Shown: in pieces, positions 36,512 to 44,995 of the stretch
How the letters are laid out: every line of letters starts with the position of its first letter
Numbering within the stretch: the first letter of the stretch is position 1
From: Thermoprotei archaeon
Lineage (GTDB): Archaea > Thermoproteota > Thermoprotei > Thermofilales > B15-G2
DNA: 64,000 nt
Direction: 5' to 3'
Assembly: GCA_003650815.1 (NCBI GenBank)
Contig: QMSB01000001.1
Coordinates: forward strand, 13,374 to 77,373
The notes under the pieces: generated by a model
The model's input: only the letters and a program-made list of their open reading frames with translations
What the model was told of the DNA's origin: nothing
The model's database searches: none
Made by a program: the position numbers and the translations under genes

Positions 36512-38333
36512 CTTAGTGATTTTAACTGTAGTCGCCTTATCAGTCACTATAATTCCTCTTATCCTATACTCTAGTCTGATAGGAGCTGGCTTTACTCAAG
36601 TAAACTCGTGGCTAGTAGTGATAGCTGTATCCGAAATAGCTCTATGGCTAGGAAGAAAGCTTAAGCGGGGAGAAGTATTTCTCATACAAGTTCTCTTACC
36701 TCTGACTATAAGCCAGGCGCTCTTATTCTACAACACTCTCTACTACAGCTACATAGTGTGGAGCCCCTTTGTCAAAGAGTTCGGGTTCAAGGAAACAGCT
36801 TGGTGGTTTCCCTCCACTTCACTTCTTCAAGTAAAACTCAGAACTTTCTTTCAGTCTGACTACTCGCCAATAGTGACGATATTTGTGTTATCGTCTCTAC
36901 TCAACGTTGTATCAGGACTTGCTTTAGGCTATATGGGCTATGAGCTACTAGTAGTCAGAGAAAAACTAGATTTCCCAATGCAAGTTGCTGTAGCTGAGGG
37001 ACTTTCAGCTGTTGTAGGAGAAGACCCCGCTAAAGTCAAAATGTTTTCTATTTCCGCTATACTCGGTATAGTTTACGCGTCTCTGGCTACTCTAATACCT
37101 ATTTTAGCTATGGGGCAGGTTCCAGCTCTCCTTCCAATATTCACTTATGACTTAACGCTCGTGCTCGAGCATTTCATGCCAGGAGCAGCACTTGGAGTAG
37201 ACTTTAACTTACTGACATTTTCTTCTGGACTAGTAATACCTTTGAGAAGAGCCGCTCTCCTGTTGGCTGGATCTATACTTGTATACGTTATTGGAAATCA
37301 CTTACTAGTAGTCGCAAGTTACTGGACTCAAAGTCCTATAGGTAGGTGGATGCCAGGCTCTAATCTCTTTTACTGCATTAGATGGTCGTCTTTTAACTTC
37401 TGGACTAGCTTCAATATGGGTGTAGCTCTTTCAGCAGCTATTCTCCCCCTGCTTGTCAAAAGAGAGACAGTTAAGGAAGTATTCTTTACAATTACTCGAG
37501 CAGCTAAAAGAGAGACAGGCTACGCGTCAAGAGCCCTACTAGTGTTTCTGGGGGTTTCTGCTATTAACATACTGGTGCTAACCGTAGCTCTGCCTAATTT
37601 TCCCATATACATACTGGCAGTCTTCATGATACTATGGCCCCTGGTCTCTACTCTAGTCTCAGCGAGCTCTATAGGCTCCTCGGTCTACGGCTTTAACATA
37701 CCTTATGTTAAAGAAGGTCTGATAATTGCATCTAGATACAAAGGTCTTGATGTGTGGATCTACCCACTAACACTAGATCCTGGAGGAGCTAAATACACCG
37801 CGAACTTCAAGACGGCGGTCCTGTGTGGAGTTAAGCCGAGAGATTACATAAAATTCTCTCTGTTAGCGGTTTCAGTAGGCATTATCTTAAGTCTATTTTT
37901 CACGTCTTTACTCTGGTACATGCACCCAATACCTTCGTGGAGTTATCCTGCAACTGCGTATAACTGGCAAATATCTACCTATAACTTCCTACTGAATATC
38001 TCGTGGATGAGCAGAGGTGAGATCATAAGACCTCACATAATACTTCTCGGAGCTTTAGCTGGAGGAGCTGCCTATATAGTCTCGTATTTCTTTAATAAAG
38101 AGCCTCTATTCTTTTCTCTCGTAGCAGGGCTTTCACTAGCTCCTTCAGCAGCCCTAACAACTTTTATAGGGTCTCTAGTTAGTTCTCTGCTGATGGCTAG
38201 AGTGTTTAAGGAAAAGTGGGGGGAGTACGTAGGGAGCGTTACTTCAGGGCTTACTGCAGGATGGGGAGCAGTTAGTTCTTTTGCCTCAATAATAGCATTT
38301 CTTCAGAGGGGAACATGGGTTCTCCCGTACTAA
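36492..38333 (+). CDS. Polytopic membrane protein, possibly OPT-like (module B, partner 1)
   Basis: 613 aa. The GTG start overlaps the upstream gene by 20 nt. It carries the REKLDFPM motif and appears paralogous to 19359-21275. Confidence 0.8.
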   Translation: MGALKNSLVILTVVALSVTIIPLILYSSLIGAGFTQVNSWLVVIAVSEIALWLGRKLKRGEVFLIQVLLPLTISQALLFYNTLYYSYIVWSPFVKEFGFKETAWWFPSTSLLQVKLRTFFQSDYSPIVTIFVLSSLLNVVSGLALGYMGYELLVVREKLDFPMQVAVAEGLSAVVGEDPAKVKMFSISAILGIVYASLATLIPILAMGQVPALLPIFTYDLTLVLEHFMPGAALGVDFNLLTFSSGLVIPLRRAALLLAGSILVYVIGNHLLVVASYWTQSPIGRWMPGSNLFYCIRWSSFNFWTSFNMGVALSAAILPLLVKRETVKEVFFTITRAAKRETGYASRALLVFLGVSAINILVLTVALPNFPIYILAVFMILWPLVSTLVSASSIGSSVYGFNIPYVKEGLIIASRYKGLDVWIYPLTLDPGGAKYTANFKTAVLCGVKPRDYIKFSLLAVSVGIILSLFFTSLLWYMHPIPSWSYPATAYNWQISTYNFLLNISWMSRGEIIRPHIILLGALAGGAAYIVSYFFNKEPLFFSLVAGLSLAPSAALTTFIGSLVSSLLMARVFKEKWGEYVGSVTSGLTAGWGAVSSFASIIAFLQRGTWVLPY

Positions 38334-40300
38334 AGACAATACTAAGGTTCATTAGCCGCAAGGATCTAAGGGATTACGCGTTAGCTATATTTATATCAGT
38401 GATATTCTCATCTCTGTCGACTAGAATAGTATGTATTAGAAGTACTGGTTTTGGACTAATGTTACCCATATACTTGAATTCCATAGCAATTTTTCTAATA
38501 CTATTATTGGCATACTTCTCTGATGTTCTTTCGAAAGCGGGTTTCAGACCTAGTATCGAAGAAATAGCCTACACGTACCTAGTAGTATATATTTCAACTT
38601 CTGTAGGTGGATTATGGCTTCTTGCAGGGTCTATAGGAAGAGCTCTTTTTCTAGCCTATCAAGAGCCATTTAAGACTATCACTGAGGGTCTCAGGCCGCC
38701 TTTTTGGGCTCCTCCAGCAAAGTGTATAGCTCAGATTCTAACTTCTTCTATTCAGGTAGACTGGTTTCTCTGGATTCTTCCTCTACTCTACTGGTTTATA
38801 CTTTCCCTTACTGCATGTATTCTCTCTATTTCAGCAGCACGTGTTCTAGCACCTATGCTTATAGATCTAGAGGAGATGCCGTTTCCAACAATAGTTTTAT
38901 ACAGAGGTATAAGAGAGTCTATTAAAGAGGAGGATTTTTTACGAAAAGTATTCTTATTTTCTACAGCAATATCATTTTTAATAAACTTACCGACATTAAT
39001 AAGACTAGCTGTACCATGGTTTCCCCTACTACCGTTTCCTCAGGCGTACGGCTATACTATGACTATAGATCTCACAGCTATCAGAGAGCTGAGAGTTTTT
39101 ACTATGCCTAACGCCGTAATAGTACTCTCAGTTAATCCCCTCTGGATAGCTGCCTGTTATCTTTTACCATTAGATACATTGCTTACATGGTGGATAGTCT
39201 ACGTAGTTCTAAACGTAGTCTACCCGCTGATAGCAGTCTACTTAGGACTACTTCCTCCAATGACACCACCTTTCGGCGCGCAGAAAATATGGGTCTTCCA
39301 GAACTTTAAGTATGGTCCTTTAAAACCGTATATTGCTTTCACAGTAGGAGGACTTGCAGCCCTCGGAGTGACAGCTTTCATTAAGCTTCTTATTCTCACT
39401 AAACGGACTGCTAAGAAGTTCTCCTATCTTCTCGTCGCCTCGTGTATAGCGCTAGCAGTCTTCTCCTCTATGAACTACTTAACTCTAAGGTCTCTCTCTT
39501 TATCGCTAGCAACTTCTTTTATAACTTTAACAATGTACCTTGGAGCTCTCTCCCTGCTAGGCGAGAGCTTCATTATACCTGTTATGCTGTCTAGACCGAT
39601 GAATGCTGCTCTAGGCCAGTATCTGAGCGAGTATCTTGCACTTAGCTCTCCAGAGGCTTTCTCACCTCAACACATACTAGGAGTTCTCTTACTAGGCGAA
39701 GCCTCCTACTCTCTTCTTTCCCCAGGAGTGGCGCTTCTCGAGAGTTTCGCTCTCTTAAGGACCAGACCAGCTGTCAAAAAGAGTCCTAGGGAAATTAGAA
39801 GGACTAGAAATAGGCTCGCGAAGCTAGCTATTTTAGTTGTGGCTCTTTCACTCTTCTCTTCCTACTATACAATGATCCTCGTGGCTCATGAGTACAGCAT
39901 AGCTAATTTACCGGGATTGAAGACAATAATATTCGAGTATGGAAAAGCAGAGGCAGATTTTCTAATGAACGCTGCTAAAATCATGGTTGATGAAAATTGG
40001 TGGATAAGCTTCACTATAGGAGCAGTCTCAATAGCTCTGGTCTCTCTTCTACGTCTTAAACTACTAGTATTTCCTCTGTGTCCAGTGGGTCTAGTCTTAT
40101 CAGCTTCCGAGCTATCTCTCTACGGAATGTGGTTCTCTGCTCTCATAGCATACACATTAAAGAGAACAACTCTAGCTCTAGGAGGACTGAAATTATATAT
40201 GAGAGAAGGGCGGGCTATAGCGGCTGGTATCATAGTAGGTTATTCGCTAAGCTACATAGTCGCCTCAGCATTAAGCTATGCTCTCTACTTTATCCACTAA
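38315..40300 (+). CDS. Polytopic membrane protein, possibly OPT-like (module B, partner 2)
   Basis: 661 aa, overlapping the upstream gene by 19 nt. It carries the LEEMPFPT motif and is highly hydrophobic throughout. Confidence 0.78.
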   Translation: MGSPVLKTILRFISRKDLRDYALAIFISVIFSSLSTRIVCIRSTGFGLMLPIYLNSIAIFLILLLAYFSDVLSKAGFRPSIEEIAYTYLVVYISTSVGGLWLLAGSIGRALFLAYQEPFKTITEGLRPPFWAPPAKCIAQILTSSIQVDWFLWILPLLYWFILSLTACILSISAARVLAPMLIDLEEMPFPTIVLYRGIRESIKEEDFLRKVFLFSTAISFLINLPTLIRLAVPWFPLLPFPQAYGYTMTIDLTAIRELRVFTMPNAVIVLSVNPLWIAACYLLPLDTLLTWWIVYVVLNVVYPLIAVYLGLLPPMTPPFGAQKIWVFQNFKYGPLKPYIAFTVGGLAALGVTAFIKLLILTKRTAKKFSYLLVASCIALAVFSSMNYLTLRSLSLSLATSFITLTMYLGALSLLGESFIIPVMLSRPMNAALGQYLSEYLALSSPEAFSPQHILGVLLLGEASYSLLSPGVALLESFALLRTRPAVKKSPREIRRTRNRLAKLAILVVALSLFSSYYTMILVAHEYSIANLPGLKTIIFEYGKAEADFLMNAAKIMVDENWWISFTIGAVSIALVSLLRLKLLVFPLCPVGLVLSASELSLYGMWFSALIAYTLKRTTLALGGLKLYMREGRAIAAGIIVGYSLSYIVASALSYALYFIH

Positions 40301-40380
40301 TAGAACTACTCGACTATAGGGCTCGAAACATTCTTAGGGAATAAAGGCAGAAATAAATACCTGTCCTATGTAGAGTCTCT

Positions 40381-40698
40381 GTGGAAATTCCACAAAAAAT
40401 AGCATCTAGGTTACAGCAGCACGTTAAAAGCGAAGTAATAAATATATGCAAAAAAGCTGGGTTAACGAATGTTGCTTACACTAAAGTAGGTATAGTAGAA
40501 AGAGAAGGAAAATTCTATCTCTATGTTAAATTAAAGCTTTTAGGAAAGATGCCCTACGAGGTCTTAGACAGTATAGCTAAATTGATGAGAGAGAAGTACG
40601 CTAGAAAAATTATGATAGACTCTCCTCATTTACACGCCATAAGGCTGTCTGGAGAAATTAGAAAAGAGGTTTTTAAAGAGTTTAAAAAGCGTGTATAG
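40381..40698 (+). CDS. Hypothetical protein
   Basis: 105 aa with a GTG start. It is Lys/Glu-rich with no motif I recognise. Confidence 0.4.
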   Translation: MEIPQKIASRLQQHVKSEVINICKKAGLTNVAYTKVGIVEREGKFYLYVKLKLLGKMPYEVLDSIAKLMREKYARKIMIDSPHLHAIRLSGEIRKEVFKEFKKRV

Positions 40699-40700
40699 GA

Positions 40701-40850
40701 CTACTTGATATATTTTAGTACTACTTCACTACCTTTAAGTAACACTTGAATTCTTGAACCAGCTTTAAGACCTAACTTAACTCTGATGTCTTTTGGTATC
40801 ACTATGCGTCCTTTAGAGTCCATTTTTACCACATAGACGTCTTCCTCCAT
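40701..40850 (-). CDS. AbrB/SpoVT-type (MazE/VapB-like) DNA-binding domain protein, 49 aa
   Basis: Absent from the ORF track because it is under 60 aa. My translation is MEEDVYVVKMDSKGRIVIPKDIRVKLGLKAGSRIQVLLKGSEVVLKYIK*. GRIVIPKDIR..LGL..G is the SpoVT-AbrB swapped-hairpin signature. Confidence 0.7.
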   Translation of the reverse strand: MEEDVYVVKMDSKGRIVIPKDIRVKLGLKAGSRIQVLLKGSEVVLKYIK

Positions 40851-41149
40851 TTAAATCCCACGCAGTTTAACAAACCTACTAAATATTTTTTCCTATTCTC
40901 TTCATGTAACTATTGCTCTCTAAGCGACTACTTAACTAATACTAGAGCTTTACTCTATCTATAACTTTTAAATAATACCATGAAGTCGTATCTTCATGCT
41001 CAGTAAATGCGTCTGGAGTTAAGTAAAAAAGCAAGCAGCTCAGGATTGTTCATGTAGGTTCACTTCTTAATTACTAGAGATTTCGGCTAATCATACTTCG
41101 AGACAGGCAAGCTTATTACCTAACAGAAACTATTCTATAGGGACACTTA

Positions 41150-43462
41150 ATGAGATTAGAAAGATGTTCAATAGCCTTGTTGCTGCTCATAGTTCTCTCA
41201 CAATTGCTTCTCTGCTTTCCTCAGTCGAGAAAAATAAAGATAGTCTTTATAGATGAGGAGAGCGGAAATCCTGTTAACGGTGTATTCGTAGTTAAAAGAG
41301 GAAGTAAGCTAACTTATGTTAAGACAGGGAGTAAGGGTGAGATAACTGTAGATGAGGGAGCTATAATATATGGTCCAAGAGTATCGAAAAAACCTTACTT
41401 TCCCGTTGAAATCATAGCTATAAAGAATGCTACTATAAAACTAAAACGGGCGTATTTTGTTATACTTAAAAGGTACTTAGCAGTACTTGATCCGGTAAAA
41501 TCTAGTAGAATAGTTATTCCCGTAGGTGTCGTGGAATTTAAAATAAATAACATGTCATTTGGACATGGGAGTTCTGTGAGATACTTAGGGCTCAACTCTT
41601 CTACTGGGCTTGCTCCTCTTAGAGGAGGCTTAATGTCAGTAAAAGTCAAAGACTTTTTCATTAACATAAGTTTACCGAGCTTAGATTGGGGAGAGACTTA
41701 CTTCCTTGATCTTCGTGAAGTGAGTTTAAAGTACAACGAGCTCGCTTTTAATAAGAGCATAAGCTTCATAGAGAAGAAGATAAGTGAATTAGAAAAAGAC
41801 GGCATATACCTAGGTTTCTGCAAAGTATACTTGGAAGAAGTAAAGAAGTCTTTAGCGGAAGCATTACAGAAAAAAGACATAGAGGATATTTTGCTCGAAT
41901 ACGAGAAGAGCTACCTATTGTATACTAGCATTAAAGAACGCTTAAGCTTTTTCGAGGAGAAAAGCAATGAAGTGGTTCCACTGATGTCAATACTAATAGC
42001 TGTTTTAAGCTACTTGATTGCTTCACTATTTTTTGATAAATCATCTAAGAAACTTGTTTTCTACTCGATGCTCTATTATACATTAATATTAAGCCTATTC
42101 ACAGTATATCCTTTCCTAAGAGAAGGAAATCCGTATTTCACAGTATCACCGATGTTCGTTTACTTATTCACATTGATTCCAGCAGTGCTCTCAGATAAAA
42201 TTCCAGACTATTATACACAAGAAGGATTTTCCTTGCTCTCTGGAGCTACTGCATCTCTTTCAATGATATTAAGGAGTGCAAGAAGGAGAAGACTAAGAAC
42301 AGGTTTAACACTCTTTACAGTAGCACTAGTAGCCTTTTCTGTACACACCTTAAACTTAATGACTACGATGTACTGGTCGTTTGAAAAAGAGTTGAAATAC
42401 TCTGTCTCAGTAAAACCTAATACAGTTCTAGTAGTTAAGCCAAAGTACGGAGACTATCCCTACTCTCCTCTTTCAATAGTTTTCATTAGATTGCTTTCAG
42501 AAATAGGTCATACAGAAGCTCTCTGCATTAAAAGAGAGAGTTCTCCTACACTGAAGGAGATAAGGCTTGAGTACAGGGGAAGAGAGACATATGTGTCAGG
42601 CGTTATAAGCTATACTAAAGGAGTCACTAAATTTATTCCATTAGAAAGCATTGTAATGAAAGGACGGCTTCCTGAAGAGGGCCTAGAAGTAATGATAAGC
42701 AATAACATCGCAAACCTACTGAGCATCAATGTAGATAAAAACATTACTATAGGCAAATACACAGCGAAAGTAGTAGGTATTTTTAGGGGGAAAAGTCTAG
42801 ATGATCTAAGAGATCTAGATGGAATGAGCATTACACCCACAGTAGTCATTCGCGAAGGAGGAGCGAAGACTGTTGAAAGGCTGTCTGGTGACTCTATAAT
42901 TATATGTTCTGATGAACTAGCTTCTCTACTCAAAATTCCTCGCTACAAAGTTTACATAAAGCCTAAAGAGAATCCCTTCTTTTACGCAGAGAAAGTAGCT
43001 TTCATATCAGATTCATGCACATATGTGTTTTACAAAAACACTGTGAAGTACTATACGGTAGCACCAGTAATCATAGTTAAAGGAGAAAGCCTAGTAGTTC
43101 CACTAATTATAGCTATACTTACAGTTTTTGTGTCAATTATGGAAAATGTCTATGAGAGGAGAAAAGAAATAGAAATACTATCGTCTTTAGGGCTAAATCC
43201 ATCACATATAGCATACCTATTCTCCCTTGAGGGCATAGTGCTCGGCTACGTGGGCTCTGGTATAGGTCTCTTATCAGGATTTATAGCATTTAAGTTACTT
43301 AATATGAGCAGTGTAGTAATTCCAGTAGACTTTAAGCTGTCAATCTACGAAATACTGTTTACAGTATTTCTAGCAGTTGGGGTCTCTTTACTAGCTGCTC
43401 TCCCACCAGCCCTTAAAGCATCTACATTAGTTACTCCTAGTTTAGAAAGAAGATGGAAGTAG
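41150..43462 (+). CDS. Signal peptide, Ig-like (CarboxypepD_reg-like) head, TM bundle, FtsX/MacB-type permease (module C); ends at an in-frame TAG
   Basis: 770 aa. Head: KIKIVFIDEESGNPVNGVFVVKRGSKLTYVKTGSKGEITV. FtsX TM1: RRRRLRTGLTLFTVALVAFSV. PCD-like domain: NITIGKYTAKVVGIFRGKSLDDLRDLDGMSITPT. FtsX core: ERRKEIEILSSLGLNPSHIAYLFSLEGIVLGYVGSGIGLLSG. It ends in VTPSLERRWK, the same motif found internally in 14887-19362. Confidence 0.85.
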   Translation: MRLERCSIALLLLIVLSQLLLCFPQSRKIKIVFIDEESGNPVNGVFVVKRGSKLTYVKTGSKGEITVDEGAIIYGPRVSKKPYFPVEIIAIKNATIKLKRAYFVILKRYLAVLDPVKSSRIVIPVGVVEFKINNMSFGHGSSVRYLGLNSSTGLAPLRGGLMSVKVKDFFINISLPSLDWGETYFLDLREVSLKYNELAFNKSISFIEKKISELEKDGIYLGFCKVYLEEVKKSLAEALQKKDIEDILLEYEKSYLLYTSIKERLSFFEEKSNEVVPLMSILIAVLSYLIASLFFDKSSKKLVFYSMLYYTLILSLFTVYPFLREGNPYFTVSPMFVYLFTLIPAVLSDKIPDYYTQEGFSLLSGATASLSMILRSARRRRLRTGLTLFTVALVAFSVHTLNLMTTMYWSFEKELKYSVSVKPNTVLVVKPKYGDYPYSPLSIVFIRLLSEIGHTEALCIKRESSPTLKEIRLEYRGRETYVSGVISYTKGVTKFIPLESIVMKGRLPEEGLEVMISNNIANLLSINVDKNITIGKYTAKVVGIFRGKSLDDLRDLDGMSITPTVVIREGGAKTVERLSGDSIIICSDELASLLKIPRYKVYIKPKENPFFYAEKVAFISDSCTYVFYKNTVKYYTVAPVIIVKGESLVVPLIIAILTVFVSIMENVYERRKEIEILSSLGLNPSHIAYLFSLEGIVLGYVGSGIGLLSGFIAFKLLNMSSVVIPVDFKLSIYEILFTVFLAVGVSLLAALPPALKASTLVTPSLERRWK

Positions 43463-43480
43463 AAGGAAACTAAAGAGTTT

Positions 43481-44296
43481 ATGGAGGAAGGAATTACAGA
43501 AAGGCTACCTGTCAGAATACCTTTAGGTAAAAGCAGAGACTTTGTAGACTTCATACTAGGAAGATTTAGAGAATTGAGCTTCGGGCTTACACAAAAAGTA
43601 GAAGTAATGTCTATTGAAGAACTTGGAGACAGAGAATACAGGATATCATTCAAATACTACAGGGGAAGCGACATAAGCTACCAGGCATGTTTCACTGAAA
43701 ATACCCTGGAGGTCTACAAGGTCTCAGAAGACACTTATGGTGTGAAAGTGACATCTAGGCCTGTGACGCAGCATAGTAAGCTTGGTCTATACTATGTACA
43801 TGAAACACTATCCTTCTTAAGAAAAATAGCACTTGAGTGGAGTTCAAGGGCTCTTAGAATAGTAGTAGCGCTAGGCGAAAATCCCTCAACACTATATACT
43901 GTTATAAAACACCTAGACCCCTATGAAGTAATAGTTGTTACTGAAGCAAGAAACTTAAAAACCGTAGAATACGTTAAGAAAGCATTAATGGAAGAAAAGA
44001 GGAGAACTCCCGCTATAAAAACTTACTTAATATCAAGTCTAAAAGACATAGAAAAAGTACTGTCGGAGCTAAGCTATTATATAAGAGAGTCTCAATACAC
44101 AGTAATCAGCTATGATTCAGGGCTTGCTGGAGTACTACTATCCATAGCGTCTAGTGCAGTCCGCAAAAAAATACTTCTATTAACTGATAAGCGTAGCTTA
44201 CGTGAAAAAATAGCGTATCCACTTAAGGAAGCAGAGATCTCCGAAATATCGCCTCTCGAAATAGATAAGATGCTAGAAAAAATTAAGACTGAATAA
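43481..44296 (+). CDS. Detached cytoplasmic tail domain of the module-C permease plus a Rossmann-like (Csa3-N/CARF-like?) domain
   Basis: 271 aa, in the same reading frame as 41150-43462 and separated from it by TAG plus 6 codons. The N-terminal ~120 aa correspond in position to the tail of 14887-19362. The C-terminal half (RIVVALGENPSTLYTVIKHL..EVIVV...VISYDSGLAGVLL) has an alternating beta/alpha pattern. Confidence 0.7.
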   Translation: MEEGITERLPVRIPLGKSRDFVDFILGRFRELSFGLTQKVEVMSIEELGDREYRISFKYYRGSDISYQACFTENTLEVYKVSEDTYGVKVTSRPVTQHSKLGLYYVHETLSFLRKIALEWSSRALRIVVALGENPSTLYTVIKHLDPYEVIVVTEARNLKTVEYVKKALMEEKRRTPAIKTYLISSLKDIEKVLSELSYYIRESQYTVISYDSGLAGVLLSIASSAVRKKILLLTDKRSLREKIAYPLKEAEISEISPLEIDKMLEKIKTE

Positions 44297-44314
44297 CTTT
44301 TATAACAAGGCATT

Positions 44315-44650
44315 GTGTATAGTAATGGTAATATGAGTAGGGAGCTCACTTATATGAAGTTTAAAAGCCTAGAGGACTTGGTAAAACTAATAGTAACTAG
44401 CCAGAGACCACTACTTTTTCACAGCAAGTACGGGGAAAACAAGCATATTTACTATATCTACGGAACAGCTGGTCAGAGGCTAATAATATACTATACGGTA
44501 CTAGAAAAACCAATAGAAAAGAAATATATTTACTATAGCGTACTTGAAGGAAAAATCTCTTTCGGCGACGAGCTTAACAAGGACACAAGGTTCGTCAATA
44601 TACCAGTAATAGAGGTCGAAGATGAAAACATATTAAAGGAAATACTGTAA
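44315..44650 (+). CDS. Hypothetical protein
   Basis: 111 aa. Alternative starts are 44333 and 44354 (MKFKSLEDL). No motif recognised. Confidence 0.45.
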   Translation: MYSNGNMSRELTYMKFKSLEDLVKLIVTSQRPLLFHSKYGENKHIYYIYGTAGQRLIIYYTVLEKPIEKKYIYYSVLEGKISFGDELNKDTRFVNIPVIEVEDENILKEIL

Positions 44651-44654
44651 TTAA

Positions 44655-44715
44655 CACTGAAGTGATGAATATGCAGCCCTCTGAGCGGTGAGGACGTTAC
44701 TAGGGACTGATACCT
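44655..44715 (+). ncRNA. C/D-box sRNA (2'-O-methylation guide)
   Basis: The architecture is canonical. C box GTGATGA (44662-68); 12-nt guide ATATGCAGCCCT; D' CTGA (44681-84); 4-nt spacer; C' TGAGGA (44689-94); 12-nt guide CGTTACTAGGGA; D CTGA (44707-10); then a CTTTTTC T-tract. It is intergenic. Confidence 0.75.
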
Positions 44716-44995
44716 TTTTCAAGCCTACTTCTAAATAATATGCTCTTACTCTGTATTTTCAGCAGATTTTCTTCGATTTTCATAGTCTAAGTCAAAATAC
44801 CTGCTATTTCTACTTTCTCGATTTTACTGAAAATCTTAGGCGATATTCTCTATGTATTTTAGTATCCTAATACCTATGTGAACCATGTTCATAAACTTGC
44901 TAGTAAGAAATACTGGCTATTTAAAAATACTTATGTGAAGACTCTAGTTCTGTTCATGTCTAAAGGCTTAAATTCTCTTTAAGGGAGTTATTTTT

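Noticed and set aside
40381-40850. Toxin-antitoxin pair formed by the 105-aa ORF and the AbrB ORF
   Set aside because: The two ORFs are convergent, not co-directional, and the 105-aa protein shows no PIN, MazF or RelE motifs that I can recognise.
40979-40998. Hairpin CATGAAG-tcgtat-CTTCATG in the gap upstream of module C
   Set aside because: It is a short 7-bp stem with no T-tract or adjacent gene end, and is too small to interpret.
43460-43462. Reading the in-frame TAG as pyrrolysine, prompted by the MtaA/RACo genes elsewhere in the window
   Set aside because: No pylT/pylS/pylBCD genes are visible, many other genes in the window terminate with TAG, and an ATG lies 6 codons downstream. Nonsense-mediated fission or a sequencing error is more parsimonious.
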